The position numbers and the translations under genes are program-made. A stretch of DNA of 64,000 nt from Naegleria gruberi (taxonomy: Eukaryota), in NCBI GenBank assembly GCA_000004985.1, contig GG738871.1. The stretch is one strand, 5' to 3'. The notes beneath the pieces were generated by a model that saw nothing but the letters and a program-made list of their open reading frames with translations, did not search any database and had not been told where the DNA came from. Positions 11,147 to 22,404 of this stretch are shown one piece after another (position 1 is the stretch's first letter; every line of letters starts with the position of its first letter).

Positions 11147-11596
11147 CTATTCAAAGTTTTTTCTATCACAGTGTACCAACTTTTCCACAGCATCGGGTCT
11201 TTCTCTACAGTAGAGTCCTAACTTGAAAATTTCATTAGAGGCTCTTAATAAACCATCTGAGTGAAATTGATCTCTAGTTAAAGTATTTCGTTCCATTACA
11301 TAATTCTTCATTGGCTTGTAATATTCGAGCTTGTGTACTTGGAGTCTACAAATTGGACAAGAATTATTTACAAGAATCTTATCAAATGAGAAAATTTCAG
11401 GTTTTTGAGTGAAAAATCCAGAGTCATCCTCATCTCCAATCATCTCTTCGTCTTCCATCTTCTCTGCAAATTCTGAAACACAACCAGAACAAAAGCAGAC
11501 GTGATGACAAGGAATACATCTGTATTCACATGGATTATCTCTACAAATGACACAATTTTCACTAGCAAGATTGAAATCATCCTCTAAAATGGTCAC
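11147..11596 (-). CDS. Small RING-finger (C3HC4-like) protein, 149 aa
   Basis: CVICRDNPCEYRCIPCHHVCFCSGC ... CPICR fits C-x2-C-x11-C-x-H-x3-C-x2-C-x(~40)-C-x2-C. Acidic linker between the two halves. Confidence 0.5.
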   Translation of the reverse strand: MTILEDDFNLASENCVICRDNPCEYRCIPCHHVCFCSGCVSEFAEKMEDEEMIGDEDDSGFFTQKPEIFSFDKILVNNSCPICRLQVHKLEYYKPMKNYVMERNTLTRDQFHSDGLLRASNEIFKLGLYCRERPDAVEKLVHCDRKNFE

Positions 11597-11697
11597 TGCT
11601 CTAGTACTGCTATCATTTTCAACTTGTGAATTATTTCCTTGATTCGTTAATGAGGGTAATAGCTATGGTTGAATTGTTCCAATTATTATTTGATATT

Positions 11698-12483
11698 TCA
11701 TTTCAAAATCATTCCAAAACATACATTTACAACTTTTGCCAATTCATTTTCCAAATATTCCTTATACTTTTTCAATTGTGAAAGATTCATTCGTGATATA
11801 TTATTGGCCACTCGTGTGATCCTCTGATTTCCCAATGTAGTAATTAATAGTTCAATACTATTCATTGTTCTCCTCTCTCTATCAATCTGATCCAATGTCT
11901 TGTACAAATGAATTAGGTGATATCTAACCTGATAGCAAGAGACAATCATCAGAATGGCATACAGAGTATTTCGGAGGGAATCTTCAAAATAAATTCCATT
12001 AATTGCAATATAATACACAATAAACCAAGTATGTGGAACCACAAAGTACAAGCAACAGGCAGTCAGTGGCGTAATCAATTTATAAAAGGCCATTCCCACA
12101 TATCCCATCAATCCATAAATTACAACTCTATCCAATGCAACTTCCGATAATCTCTTACCCATTTGCTCACTCATAAACAGAACATTAGCACCACCATTAA
12201 TTGATTGATAATTATCATCAGCAGCAGCACCACTACTACCACTACTACTATTACCAACACTACCATTCATCATTAAATTATTTTCCAATGATGTCGACGG
12301 TGGTGAGGATGATGTAAGAAAAAGCGAGGGAACATTAAAAAAATATACAGCAATCATGTAGAACAAGATGGAACGCACTACTGGATTGGTGAGGAAGGTT
12401 ATTGTGGGGATTGCTACTCGAAGTATACTTCTAGAAGATTCCGATCGATTTGATGCAACTATGCGTCCTAATAATTGATCCAT
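11698..12483 (-). CDS. Hypothetical multi-pass membrane protein, 261 aa
   Basis: ORF with several hydrophobic helices (ILFYMIAVYFFNV, VIYGLMGYVGMAFY, CCLYFVVPHTWFIVYYIAI, YAILMIVSCY). Its stop lies 101 bp upstream of the RING gene start. Confidence 0.4.
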   Translation of the reverse strand: MDQLLGRIVASNRSESSRSILRVAIPTITFLTNPVVRSILFYMIAVYFFNVPSLFLTSSSPPSTSLENNLMMNGSVGNSSSGSSGAAADDNYQSINGGANVLFMSEQMGKRLSEVALDRVVIYGLMGYVGMAFYKLITPLTACCLYFVVPHTWFIVYYIAINGIYFEDSLRNTLYAILMIVSCYQVRYHLIHLYKTLDQIDRERRTMNSIELLITTLGNQRITRVANNISRMNLSQLKKYKEYLENELAKVVNVCFGMILK

Positions 12484-12913
12484 TTTTTAATTAGATAATA
12501 TATTATTGTGCTGAAATAATTGAATTATATATTATTATTAATTTATTATATTTAATATGCTATATAATTGAGTTTAGTTCGAATAATTTATTGCTCAGTT
12601 ATAATTTGCTGTGAATCCAATAATCAAAATTTTTATGGTATGACTTCTTCATAAGGAGTTTGTGTTAAATCATAATAACACATGATGATTGTAAAATTCA
12701 TCTTTCCAAAAGATCAATTTTTAACTGAAGGATCTCCAAATCCTCCATGACTGGAGTACATGCGCATTTTCAAGAGTGACACTTGTCATGCACTAAAAAC
12801 CAAGAGGAAAAACCCTTTCTTTATTGAGAATGCTAAGGTGTTAGTGCATTTAACCAGAGCAATAGGGCAAAGAAAGAAACGGTTCATAGGATAAGCACAC
12901 AAAAAAAAACAAT

Positions 12914-15900
12914 ATGAAACTAGTGAGCTTTCCCTATCATTTGTTGATTGCTGCTTGTGTAGTGTTACTTCTTGGCAAAGTTAGTGCATGGAGATATTCT
13001 GTGAAAACTCTTGCTACAGGTCTAGGCAGTATTTCTCAAATTGTTGGCTCTCCAAAATATATTTATGTTACACTTGGCTCCAGTTCAAAGAAGATTTATG
13101 CCTACGATAGACAATTATTGGCCACTCAGTCTGTACAAACATTGCAACAAGTCCACGATATAACAGCATCATCAAACAATATTGGTTATATTGCTTATCA
13201 TGGCAATGATTCGAATGACGCTGAAGTGATATCAGTAGCTGGCAATAATTTTCCAAACAATGTGGGTTTGTACTGGTTTACATGCTCATCAACCTGTTCC
13301 ACTCCAACACCCTTCTCTTATAATATAAGGGTCTCAGGAATTAGATCCCTAGGAATTGAGAACTCAACTCCCAAACTTTACATAACAAGACAAACAGCAA
13401 TTTACACTGGCACTCCTTCAGCAAATGCTATTGTATCAACAACTGGAACAATCAATTTTAAAGCTTTCAATGATGTTGATTATATTGGCAATACAGTAAG
13501 TTTTAATTATTTTGCAAATAGGTAACATTGGTTTAGGTTTATTTTACTGACTCAGGTGGAAACCTAAAAATTGCAACAAGTTCAACACCATTAATCAGTG
13601 TAGGCACATTTAGTGATGGTGCCAGTGGTACTGCTCGTTTATCTTCAGGCACAACATTCATCTCTGCACAGTTCAATAAGGTATGTAGTTATGAACAATA
13701 TGTTGTTGGAATAATTTTAAAAGATTTTTATCTCAGACACTGGAAACAGTAGAATTAGACTTTATGATATTGCTACAGGAATTACAACTACAATAGCTGG
13801 TGATCCTTCTAAATCAACAGCTGGAACAACAACTTTCAGTTTATCCGACGTACCAACTAATTACAAATTCACACCAACAGGTATTTGGATTGATAACTCT
13901 AATGGTATCATTTATTTTGCAGACACCAGTACCTTGAGAGCTTTAGTTCCAACTTGTAACAGTACTACAGAAGATCAATCTTCAACTTACCCTTTCTGTA
14001 CTTGTAAAACTGGATATTCATTGGTAAATGGAGATTGTGTTGCATCCACTAGTTGTTCTCCAGGATTGTGTAATGACAATCAAACATGTACTGGCCCAGA
14101 AACTTGTTCTTGTAAGAGTGGATATTATGGAACAAATTGTGATAATTATGACTGTTATGGAACTCAGAAGGATAATCTTTCTGTATGTAATGGAAAAGGT
14201 GTTTGCGTTTCTCCAAACACGTGTATTTGCACCAATGCAAACTATGATGGCTTTAATTGTAATATTACAACTTGTAATTCTATTCCATCAACGAGTGGTA
14301 GTGTTTGTTCTGGACATGGAAGTTGTACTGATTATAATACTTGTGCTTGTAGTGATACCAATTCATGGACAGGATCTGATTGTGGAACACCTGTATGTGC
14401 AGCTGTGAGTGGAGGTGTTTGTTCTGGAAGAGGTAGTTGTACAGCTCCAAATATTTGTACTTGTAATGAACCATCAAAATATGGTGGATCTTCATGTGAA
14501 ATTCCAAAATGTAATGGAACACTTCAAGGCAATTCTGGTGTTTGCAATGGAAGAGGTTCTTGTATTGATGTTGATACTTGTCAATGCACTGTTCCAACCT
14601 CTTGGGGTGGTTCATTCTGTGAAAAACCATACTGCTCTGGAATTTTACAAGGTGCAGCTGGTGTTTGTTCAAATAGAGGTGTTTGTTCATCTCCTGATTC
14701 TTGTGTTTGTAATGAACAAACAAAGTATGGTGGTTCAAATTGTCAACTTGTTAAATGTGGAGGTTATTTAGAAACAGACTCTGCTGTTTGTAACAAGAAT
14801 GGTTCATGTATTGCTGTTGATACTTGTTCCTGTAATTCAAATTATGATGGCCAATTTTGTCAATATCCAAAATGTAATGGCATTGCTTCAAATAGTGGTA
14901 GTGTTTGTAATTCACAAGGATCATGTGTTGCACCAAATGTCTGCTCTTGTTTCACAAATTATGCTGGACCATTATGCGAATATCCAAAATGTAATGGCGT
15001 AGCTTCCAATGATGCAAGTGTTTGTAGCTCGAATGGTACCTGTACTGGTGTTAATACTTGTGTTTGTAATGTTAACTATACAGGATCATATTGTCAATAT
15101 CCAAAATGTAATGGAATATCTTCAAACGATGCAAGTGTCTGTAATAACAAAGGTGGTAATTGTATTGCACCAAATGTTTGTTCATGTAATTCAAGTTATA
15201 CTGGTCAATTCTGTCAATTCCCAAAGTGTAATGGTATTGGATCCAATGATGCAAGTGTTTGTAGTGCAAATGGTACTTGTATTGGAATTAATATTTGTTC
15301 ATGCAATTCAAATTATGCTGGTCCATATTGTCAGTATCCAAAATGTAATGGCATTGCTTCAAATAGTGGTAGTGTTTGTAATTCACAAGGATCATGTGTT
15401 GCACCAAATGTTTGCGCCTGTAATTCAAATTATGGTGGTACATATTGTGATAAACCAAGATGTGGAACCTTTTACAAGGGAGATGCTTCTGTTTGTAATT
15501 CGAGAGGTAGTTGTGATGCTGTTGATAGTTGTACTTGTAGTGATACTTCTTCTTGGGGTGGCAATTTGTGTCAATATCCAAAATGTAATGGTGTTCTTTC
15601 AAATATTGGAACTGTTTGTAGCAGTAGAGGTACTTGTCAATCTCCAAACAATTGTTCATGCACTGATCCAAATTCATATGGTGGTTCATATTGTGAAAAA
15701 GCAAAATGTTATGGAATTCTTCAAGGAGATTCAAATGTTTGTAGTGGACATGGTACTTGTAGTGGTGTGAATCAATGTTCATGTAGTGCTGGATATGGAG
15801 GTGAACAATGTCAATATCCAAAATGTTTCAATATTTTGAGTAATGAAACAACAGTTTGTAACAATAGAAACGGTACTTGTACTGCTCCTGACACTTGTTC

Positions 15901-17716
15901 ATGTAAAAATGGATGGACTGGAAGCAAGTGTGATGTTGCCATTTGTTATTCAATTCTCTCCAATTCAACAAGTGTTTGTTCAAACAAGAGAGGTAATTGT
16001 GTCACACCAGATAATTGTGTTTGTAAAAGTCAATATTCAGGTTCTCAATGTGAATATACCACTTGTTCTGGAATAAGATCAGATCAAACATCGACAGTAT
16101 GTTATGGAAATGGTCAATGTATTGATTATAATACTTGTAATTGTACAACTGGTTATGGACCATCCAATGTATGTCAATATCCAATTTGTGGTGGTTATTT
16201 AGCAAATGATGCCAGAGTTTGTAACAATTCAAGAGGTGTTTGTTCCAAACCAAATACATGTAGACCATTAGATCCCGTATGTTATGGTAAAGCTCAGAAT
16301 AATTCAATGGTTTGCAGTGGAAATGGAGCATGCGTTGATTGGGATTATTGTGAATGTAAAACTGGTTTCAATGGAAATGAATGTCAAAATTGGGAATGTT
16401 ATGGAAAGAATTATACCAACTCAAATGTCTGTAACAATGGAAATGGTACCTGTTCATCTGTGAATAATTGTGTTTGTAACAGTGGATGGTATGGAAACGA
16501 ATGTACAGTTCCAATGTGTAATGGAATTCTTGGCAATTCATCTCTCGTTTGTAACAATAGAAATGGTACCTGCTCCAAACCAGGTGCATGTCAATGTAAT
16601 ACTGGATACACAGGACCTGATTGCTCCATTCCAATTTGTTATGGAAAATTAGGCACTGATACAAGTAATGTTTGTTCAGGAAGAGCAGAATGTATTGGTT
16701 ATAACAAGTGTAATTGTGACACTTCCAAGTATAGTGGTTCACAATGTGAATATTTCAAATGTTTTGGTATTCCATCAAATGATGCTTCAGTTTGCAGCAG
16801 AAACGGAACATGCTCTGGAGTGAATCAATGTTCTTGTAATTATGGTTATGGTTCTTCAAATTGTGACACTTTCACATGTTCAAATGTTCTTGCCACCAAT
16901 TCAAGTGTTTGCAGTGGAAAGGGTGTATGTTATGGAATTGACAAGTGTTCATGTGATTCAGGATATTTCAGTACCAATTGCGAGCTATTTTCTTGTTATG
17001 GAATTCCAAAGTCCAACAATACTGTATGTGGAGGAGTTGGTGAATGTTCACAACTTGATACATGTGTTTGTGGAAGCAATTATAGAGGATCAATGTGTGA
17101 ATTATCTTACACCTCTTCATCTCAAGCAACACTTCAATTCAATAATACGAATGAATATGTGAATGAACAATTCACAAGCATGGCCACTTTGACAATTAAT
17201 AATCCTCTCTTCGGTCAATATTATTTGAGAAGAAGTGTTCAAGTTGTTGTTTCATTCCAAATTAATTCACAATTCAGTTATTCTGAAACACTTTATATTG
17301 AAAATGGAGTTTCATCTGTTTCATTAATGGTGAAATCATTGAGTCAAACTGGTACATTGAAAGCATCTGCTCAATTAATTGATAATAGTACATTGATTTC
17401 CATTTCAGATAGTATTCAATCTTCAAATAGCATTACAATTCAAAATAGACCTATTGTTGTTCCATCCACAAAGACATCCACAACCAAACCAACAACCTCT
17501 GCACAAACAAGTAGAGCTGTTATCGATACAGGAAGTAATGGTGGAGCCATTGCAGCTGGTATCATTGTTCCAGTGGCAGTTATTGGAATTGGAGGTGGTG
17601 TCACTGCAGCCATTGTCACAGCAGTTGTTTTATTAAAGAAGAAGGCTGCTGCAGCTGCTGCCAAAGAAATTGCACATGCCCAACACGTCAATGTTGAACT
17701 AGCTGAAGGTTTCTAA
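12914..17716 (+). CDS. Large type-I membrane protein: signal peptide, NHL-repeat-like beta-propeller region, ~35 tenascin-type EGF-like repeats, Ser/Thr stalk, TM, short tail (~1572 aa; exons 12914..13495, 13537..13680, 13724..17716)
   Basis: Signal peptide MKLVSFPYHLLIAACVVLLLG. NHL-like motifs VYFTDSGGN, IFISDTGNSRIRLYD, GIWIDNSNGIIYFADTS. Two tiny in-phase introns of 41 and 43 nt (GTAAGT..TTTAG, GTATGT..AAAAG) bypass in-frame stops. Six-Cys EGF units ~32 aa each, of the form YPKCNGIxSNxxSVCxxxGxCxxxNxCxC. C-terminal TM AIAAGIIVPVAVIGIGGGVTAAIVTAVVLL. Confidence 0.65.
14864..15411 (+). repeat. Intragenic exact ~77-bp repeat (copies ~14864..14940 and ~15335..15411) within the EGF array; part of ~96-bp periodic coding tandem repeats spanning ~14000..17100
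   Basis: The identical string tatccaaaatgtaatggcattgcttcaaatagtggtagtgtttgtaattcacaaggatcatgtgttgcaccaaatgt occurs twice 471 bp apart (five EGF units). The motif ccaaaatgtaatgg (YPKCNG) recurs throughout. Confidence 0.7.
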
Positions 17717-17863
17717 TTGTTCATTATGATAGTTTGTCAATAATAAACTTTAAATTTTGATGTTTAGTGAAATGATGCTCAATTATTTAAATGGTTCGTA
17801 ATTGTCTCTCCTAACAAAATAGAAACTACAACCAAATCACAGGGCATCACAACACAAAATAAA

Positions 17864-20411
17864 ATGCAAGATGATAACATTGAGGGCTTTACTCTAGATT
17901 CGTCCCTCATCGACGATTCTCCTCTCATTGAAGAATACCTTTCAAACTTTAGTTCAACAACCATCGTTTCAGAAGAAGATCACTCTCCACCTACATTATC
18001 TTATTATTCCTCCTTCCAGAAACAAACACCTTCACCTGCTCTGATAACAGCAACCAATATTCCAACAACCAATACTACAATAAGCTCTTCAACCGATCCA
18101 ACTTCTCCAAAGAGGATTCCCTCACTCCGAGAAAAACTTCAAGTACTCGTCGATAAGGCTCATGAAAAGAAAAAGTCGAGCAACAATCTTCTCGAAGAAG
18201 AAGATGGTGCCATCCCCTCCTCTCCTCCATCACAGATGATTTCAACAGTTCCTTCTAAAGTTGAGCCATTAATTGTTGCCTCGAATTTATCAATTGAAAA
18301 AACAACCGACACTATCATTGAGGCTAATAATATTGAGAGGGAAAATGATTTGATGGCTGAACAAGTTGAAGACCCAACAACTGCAAACACTAAGCAAGAT
18401 AATACTCAAAAGCCTCTGTATAATAGAAAAAGCAACAAACAAGACTATGAGCTGCAACAAGCCATTCAGAAGGAACTAGCCACATCAGCAGCAAAAATGG
18501 CGGCAAACCTCCCTCCAAAATCAAAGCCTGAATTAAATAGAGCAAAAGAATTGAAAAAAATGGATGAACAATATCACTTTGAAGGATACAAAAATATTGA
18601 GGAATCACAACACTATCATAATGATGATGATGAGGAGGAACAAGAAGATTTAAATGATAGCATCCATAGGGATGAAGATGAGGAGTTTCATAATCAATTA
18701 AATGCTGATATTTCCCTTATTGAGGAAGATAAGAAGGACGATACACAATATAATTCATTTACTGTAGAAGAGGAAAAGCTTGAATTGAGCGATGAAGAAG
18801 GGGATTTAACAGGAAGAGCAATGGAAGACTTGACAGTCTCGAAATTAGAAGCCTCCACAACTTCGGTCGATCAATCTCTCACCTTATCCTCCTTAACAAC
18901 ACCAGTAAGAACATCTTCTCCACTAAACCAAAGAGCCCGACCAAATTCTTCAATGAGAAGCAGTACTCCTAGTTATATGAACTCCACAAGAGCTTCAATC
19001 TCTAAGGAGATTTCGAGAGCATCAGTAGATTTGAGATGTAAGTAGTGTTGACCATTCATTAACAATGTTCTTCTTTCTAAATAGCCTCGGCATCAGACAT
19101 GAGGATGAGATTCGGAATGATTAACTATCAACAAAGACCACCACCAGCCAACAGATCACCTTCTCCAAATATTGTGCAAAAGAGAAGAGTTACACCAAGA
19201 AAAGAAAGAATTTATAATATAGTACCAGCATTACATTTTGAAGACATTTCGGTAACAACAGGTTTGGGAGTAAGTACATGAATTCTTTGAAAATGATAAT
19301 TATCATTTAGACAATATCTGTTCCGAACTATAGACTCACCTCTCTTAAAGGCTTGGGAGTTAAAAGAGATTTGAAAATCTTGTACCTTCAAAACAATTAC
19401 CTTGCCTCATTCAATCACCTCGAAACTCAACCTAATTTAGAAGTACTTTATGTGGCAAACAATTGTATTAGCTCTTTCTTTGGATTCAAAACTCAACCAA
19501 AATTGACCTTAATCAGTCTCGAAGGAAATCCTATTACCAAACACCCTCATTACAGACTGATGACTTTAATTGTTTGTGGAAGCCAATTAAAAAAGATCGA
19601 TGGTGAAATGGTTCAATACAAAGAAAGAGAATTCGTGAAACACTATCTTTCAGCTAATGAAAGGGCTGTAGAAGCCATACGTTCTGGATGGCTAATGGAT
19701 CCAAAACCAAGAACAAACGAAGAATTCCAAGATATAATCCGAGGTCTCTTACTTCAAAACTTTGATGACAGAGAAAGCATCAGAAACACTCAATCATTTA
19801 AAGATTTAGTAAGTGGAGCACTAGCAAAAACTACACCAGCTGTAGATTTGAACGATTTTGAAGAGAAGAAAAAGATTCAACACAAAGAAGAAATCCAATC
19901 ACCAGATTTATCCCATGGAAGTAGTGGAGGATTCAATTCAGCTTTCCTAACAAATTATATCAACGAAATTAAGCAACTTAAAGGACAACTGGAGAAGAAG
20001 GCAGAGGAATTGAAAGAAGAGAAACAAAAATATAAGGACTTGAAAGAGAGCAGCATAGGAATTGATGAATTGAATCTCCTAGACAAAACAATCATATCAA
20101 ATATCGCAGTCTCTCTCAATTCGACAGAAGAAATTGTGGAAAATGTGACCATTGCTTTCACCTTGGATACAATGGAAATTTCAACAACTGAGGAAATTTT
20201 GAGAGATATTGAGTACGAGGCAGTTACACGAACAAGCTTATTGGTTGATGAACAAAAGCTTTTCAGAGTACACATCAGAATGAACACCAGTGAATTGTTG
20301 GATATCATAACATCAGATAAGAAACAATCACTCTCGATATACAAGATACTTCACATGAAAGTTGCTCATGCCAATAAGCAAAAGAAGCTGAGACAACAGG
20401 CAAACAAATAA
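17864..20411 (+). CDS. Low-complexity N-terminus + leucine-rich repeat + C-terminal coiled-coil protein, 3 exons (17864..19037, 19085..19269, 19311..20411)
   Basis: Introns of 47 and 41 nt (GTAAGT..AAATAG; GTAAGT..TTTAG) join ORFs 17864.., 19099.. and 19353.. in phase. LRR segment LTSLKGLGVKRDLKILYLQNNYLASFNHLETQPNLEVLYVANNCISSFFGFKTQPKLTLISLEGNPI (SDS22-like). Lys/Glu-rich coiled coil near the C-terminus. Confidence 0.5.
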
Positions 20412-20420
20412 ATATTCAAG

Positions 20421-22297
20421 CTACTGCTGTTTATCTGTAATGACAATATTCTCAGAAACTCTCAAAATCGATTTGGCTATTTCAATAGCATTCTCTAAAA
20501 TGGCCATTTTGGTGAAAACAGAATCAAATATTCCAAGTTTTAGCATATCATCTTCGTCAGGATTGTTGTTAGAAATTAAATCCTCGAAATCTTCCAAACT
20601 AATGACTTGTCTTGCTGGAATACCAATATGAGGAGATTTTGTGTTCCTTTGCTTTTTGGTGATAAGCTGTAGAGTTTTTTCAATTGGTAAATTTGAATTC
20701 AAGCACAAAGTTTCTGGAACTATCCTCAAAGCCTTTATAAAGGCATCCACTCCAGAGTGGTTCAAACTAACATTGAGAAACTCTTTAGAATAGAGTTCTT
20801 CGAGTTTCCACATTGTGTAAATTTCAAACGATCCTCCACCAGTTAGAAAGATTGGATCATCCTTCAAATCCTTTGCTCTCAACTCCTCAAATGTTACCAT
20901 TGCTGTGAATAGGGCATCTTGGGCATGTCTGACAAACTCCTCACACTGCTCACTCGTACTTGCCCTTATAATAGCTGTGCAGGTTGTTTGCATGTTGGTA
21001 AAGAATTCCTCACTTGCCTTTATCATTGTACATTTGGAATAAGAAGAGTTCACACCACCACTAATATGAAAAGTATTCACACTCTCAATCATACCCAGAT
21101 AAAGTTTCTCGTCCAATTTAAAATATTCAAAATCACTCTGCAATTCCTCAATAGATTGTAAATACCGAATGTTAAATGTTTTACAAGCAAAATCACAAAC
21201 TTCATGTCCTGAATTTGCCAAGCATAAAATTCCAAAATTTTGCAAGTAATGCGAAACTAAATCGTGCACATGGCCCGAGCATAGAACTATATTAGCACCA
21301 AAATTTTTAATGCATTCTGCCATACTTTTGAATACCATTTCTTCATCAATCTGTGGTGCTCAATAATTCCATATTGTCCAATTAACATACCTTCCAATTT
21401 TCCAATGCCTCAATTGTATCCAAAATAGCATAATGCTTTGTTTTAGTCCTTTGCCTTTGCAGTGAATTTTTAATAACCAGTAATTTGTAAGGTGTATCTT
21501 TTTTCAATTCCTCTATATTTGTAGTCGAAACTTGTGAAAGAATCAAAGTTTTGGGCAGATATTCCACTTTTCCAAATAATCCAGGAATTTGTATTAATTT
21601 AATATCATCCATATTGAAAAGATAATTATCTTTCATGACACTATCAAAATTTCAAAAACATCCACAATCAAAAAACACTAACCTCTTGATAGATCCTGTC
21701 AATAAATCTGACAAGTAATGTCCATTAATATGTACCGATGTTTTTGAAGATAAAGCACAATTCACAACACTCTTCACCAACATTTCCTGTTCATTTTCCA
21801 ATTTTACTAAGGCTTCCTTCATTATCACAGATTTAATAATTTCCAAACATGTATCGTATCCATCCAATATATTTCCAATCGGAAAGCCTTCCTTAACATG
21901 TTTCATATATCCATTCTCACTATGAACATTAATATTCTAATTATATTCTTCTCCTTACATTAATGAACATGCAATCAAGGCTGTTGAAGTTGTTCCATCT
22001 CCAATCAAGCGATCCAAAGATAGTACCGATTCAACAAGTAATTTAGCAGCAGGCTGTTGAACACTCAATTGTTTTAATATAAAAGCTCCATCCTGACTCA
22101 CAACCACTCTAAAAAATCATCATCATCGGAATCATCAATAATTATTCGGAATTTAAATTTTACCTTTTTTGTGGAGTGACTATCAACTTGGATCTTGCGT
22201 TAGGTCCTAGTGATGATGTAAGAATGTCCTTCAGGGCTACAATGGCCATCACATTTTCATGGAGAGATGAAATTTCTCTTCCCAGTTGTCGATTCAT
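20421..22297 (-). CDS. Divergent group-II chaperonin (TCP-1/CCT family) protein, 5 exons, ~566 aa
   Basis: Exons (minus) 22297..22164, 22108..21959, 21919..21683, 21640..21391, 21350..20421; introns of 55, 39, 42 and 40 nt. N-terminus reads SLHENVMAIVALKDILTSSLGPNARSKLIV, then the chaperonin ATP-binding signature LIGDGTTSTALIA, then MVFKSMAECIKNFGANIVLCSG. Clearly CCT-like but well diverged from the canonical subunits I recall. Confidence 0.6.
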
Positions 22298-22404
22298 TTT
22301 TTTTTTAAATGTTTTTTACAAAAAGTTGTTTATTATTATGATTAAGTTTAGAATTGAAAATTTAAATATATTTGAATGGAATGCAGAAGAAATATGTGGA
22401 TAAA

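Noticed and set aside
14028-17162. Many ORFs of 60-250 aa on both strands overlapping the EGF array (e.g. 14280..14738 -, 15009..15770 +, 15288..15821 -)
   Set aside because: These are artefacts of the highly periodic, Cys-codon-rich coding repeats. The long frame encoding EGF units, which is stop-free for 3.9 kb, is clearly the real one. The others encode His/Tyr/Asn-rich or Val/Leu-rich nonsense with the same ~96-nt periodicity.
13934-17716. CRISPR-like interpretation of the regularly spaced ~96-bp repeats
   Set aside because: The repeats are in-frame coding EGF modules in a eukaryotic intron-containing gene. The units are similar rather than identical, and there are no unique spacers and no cas genes.
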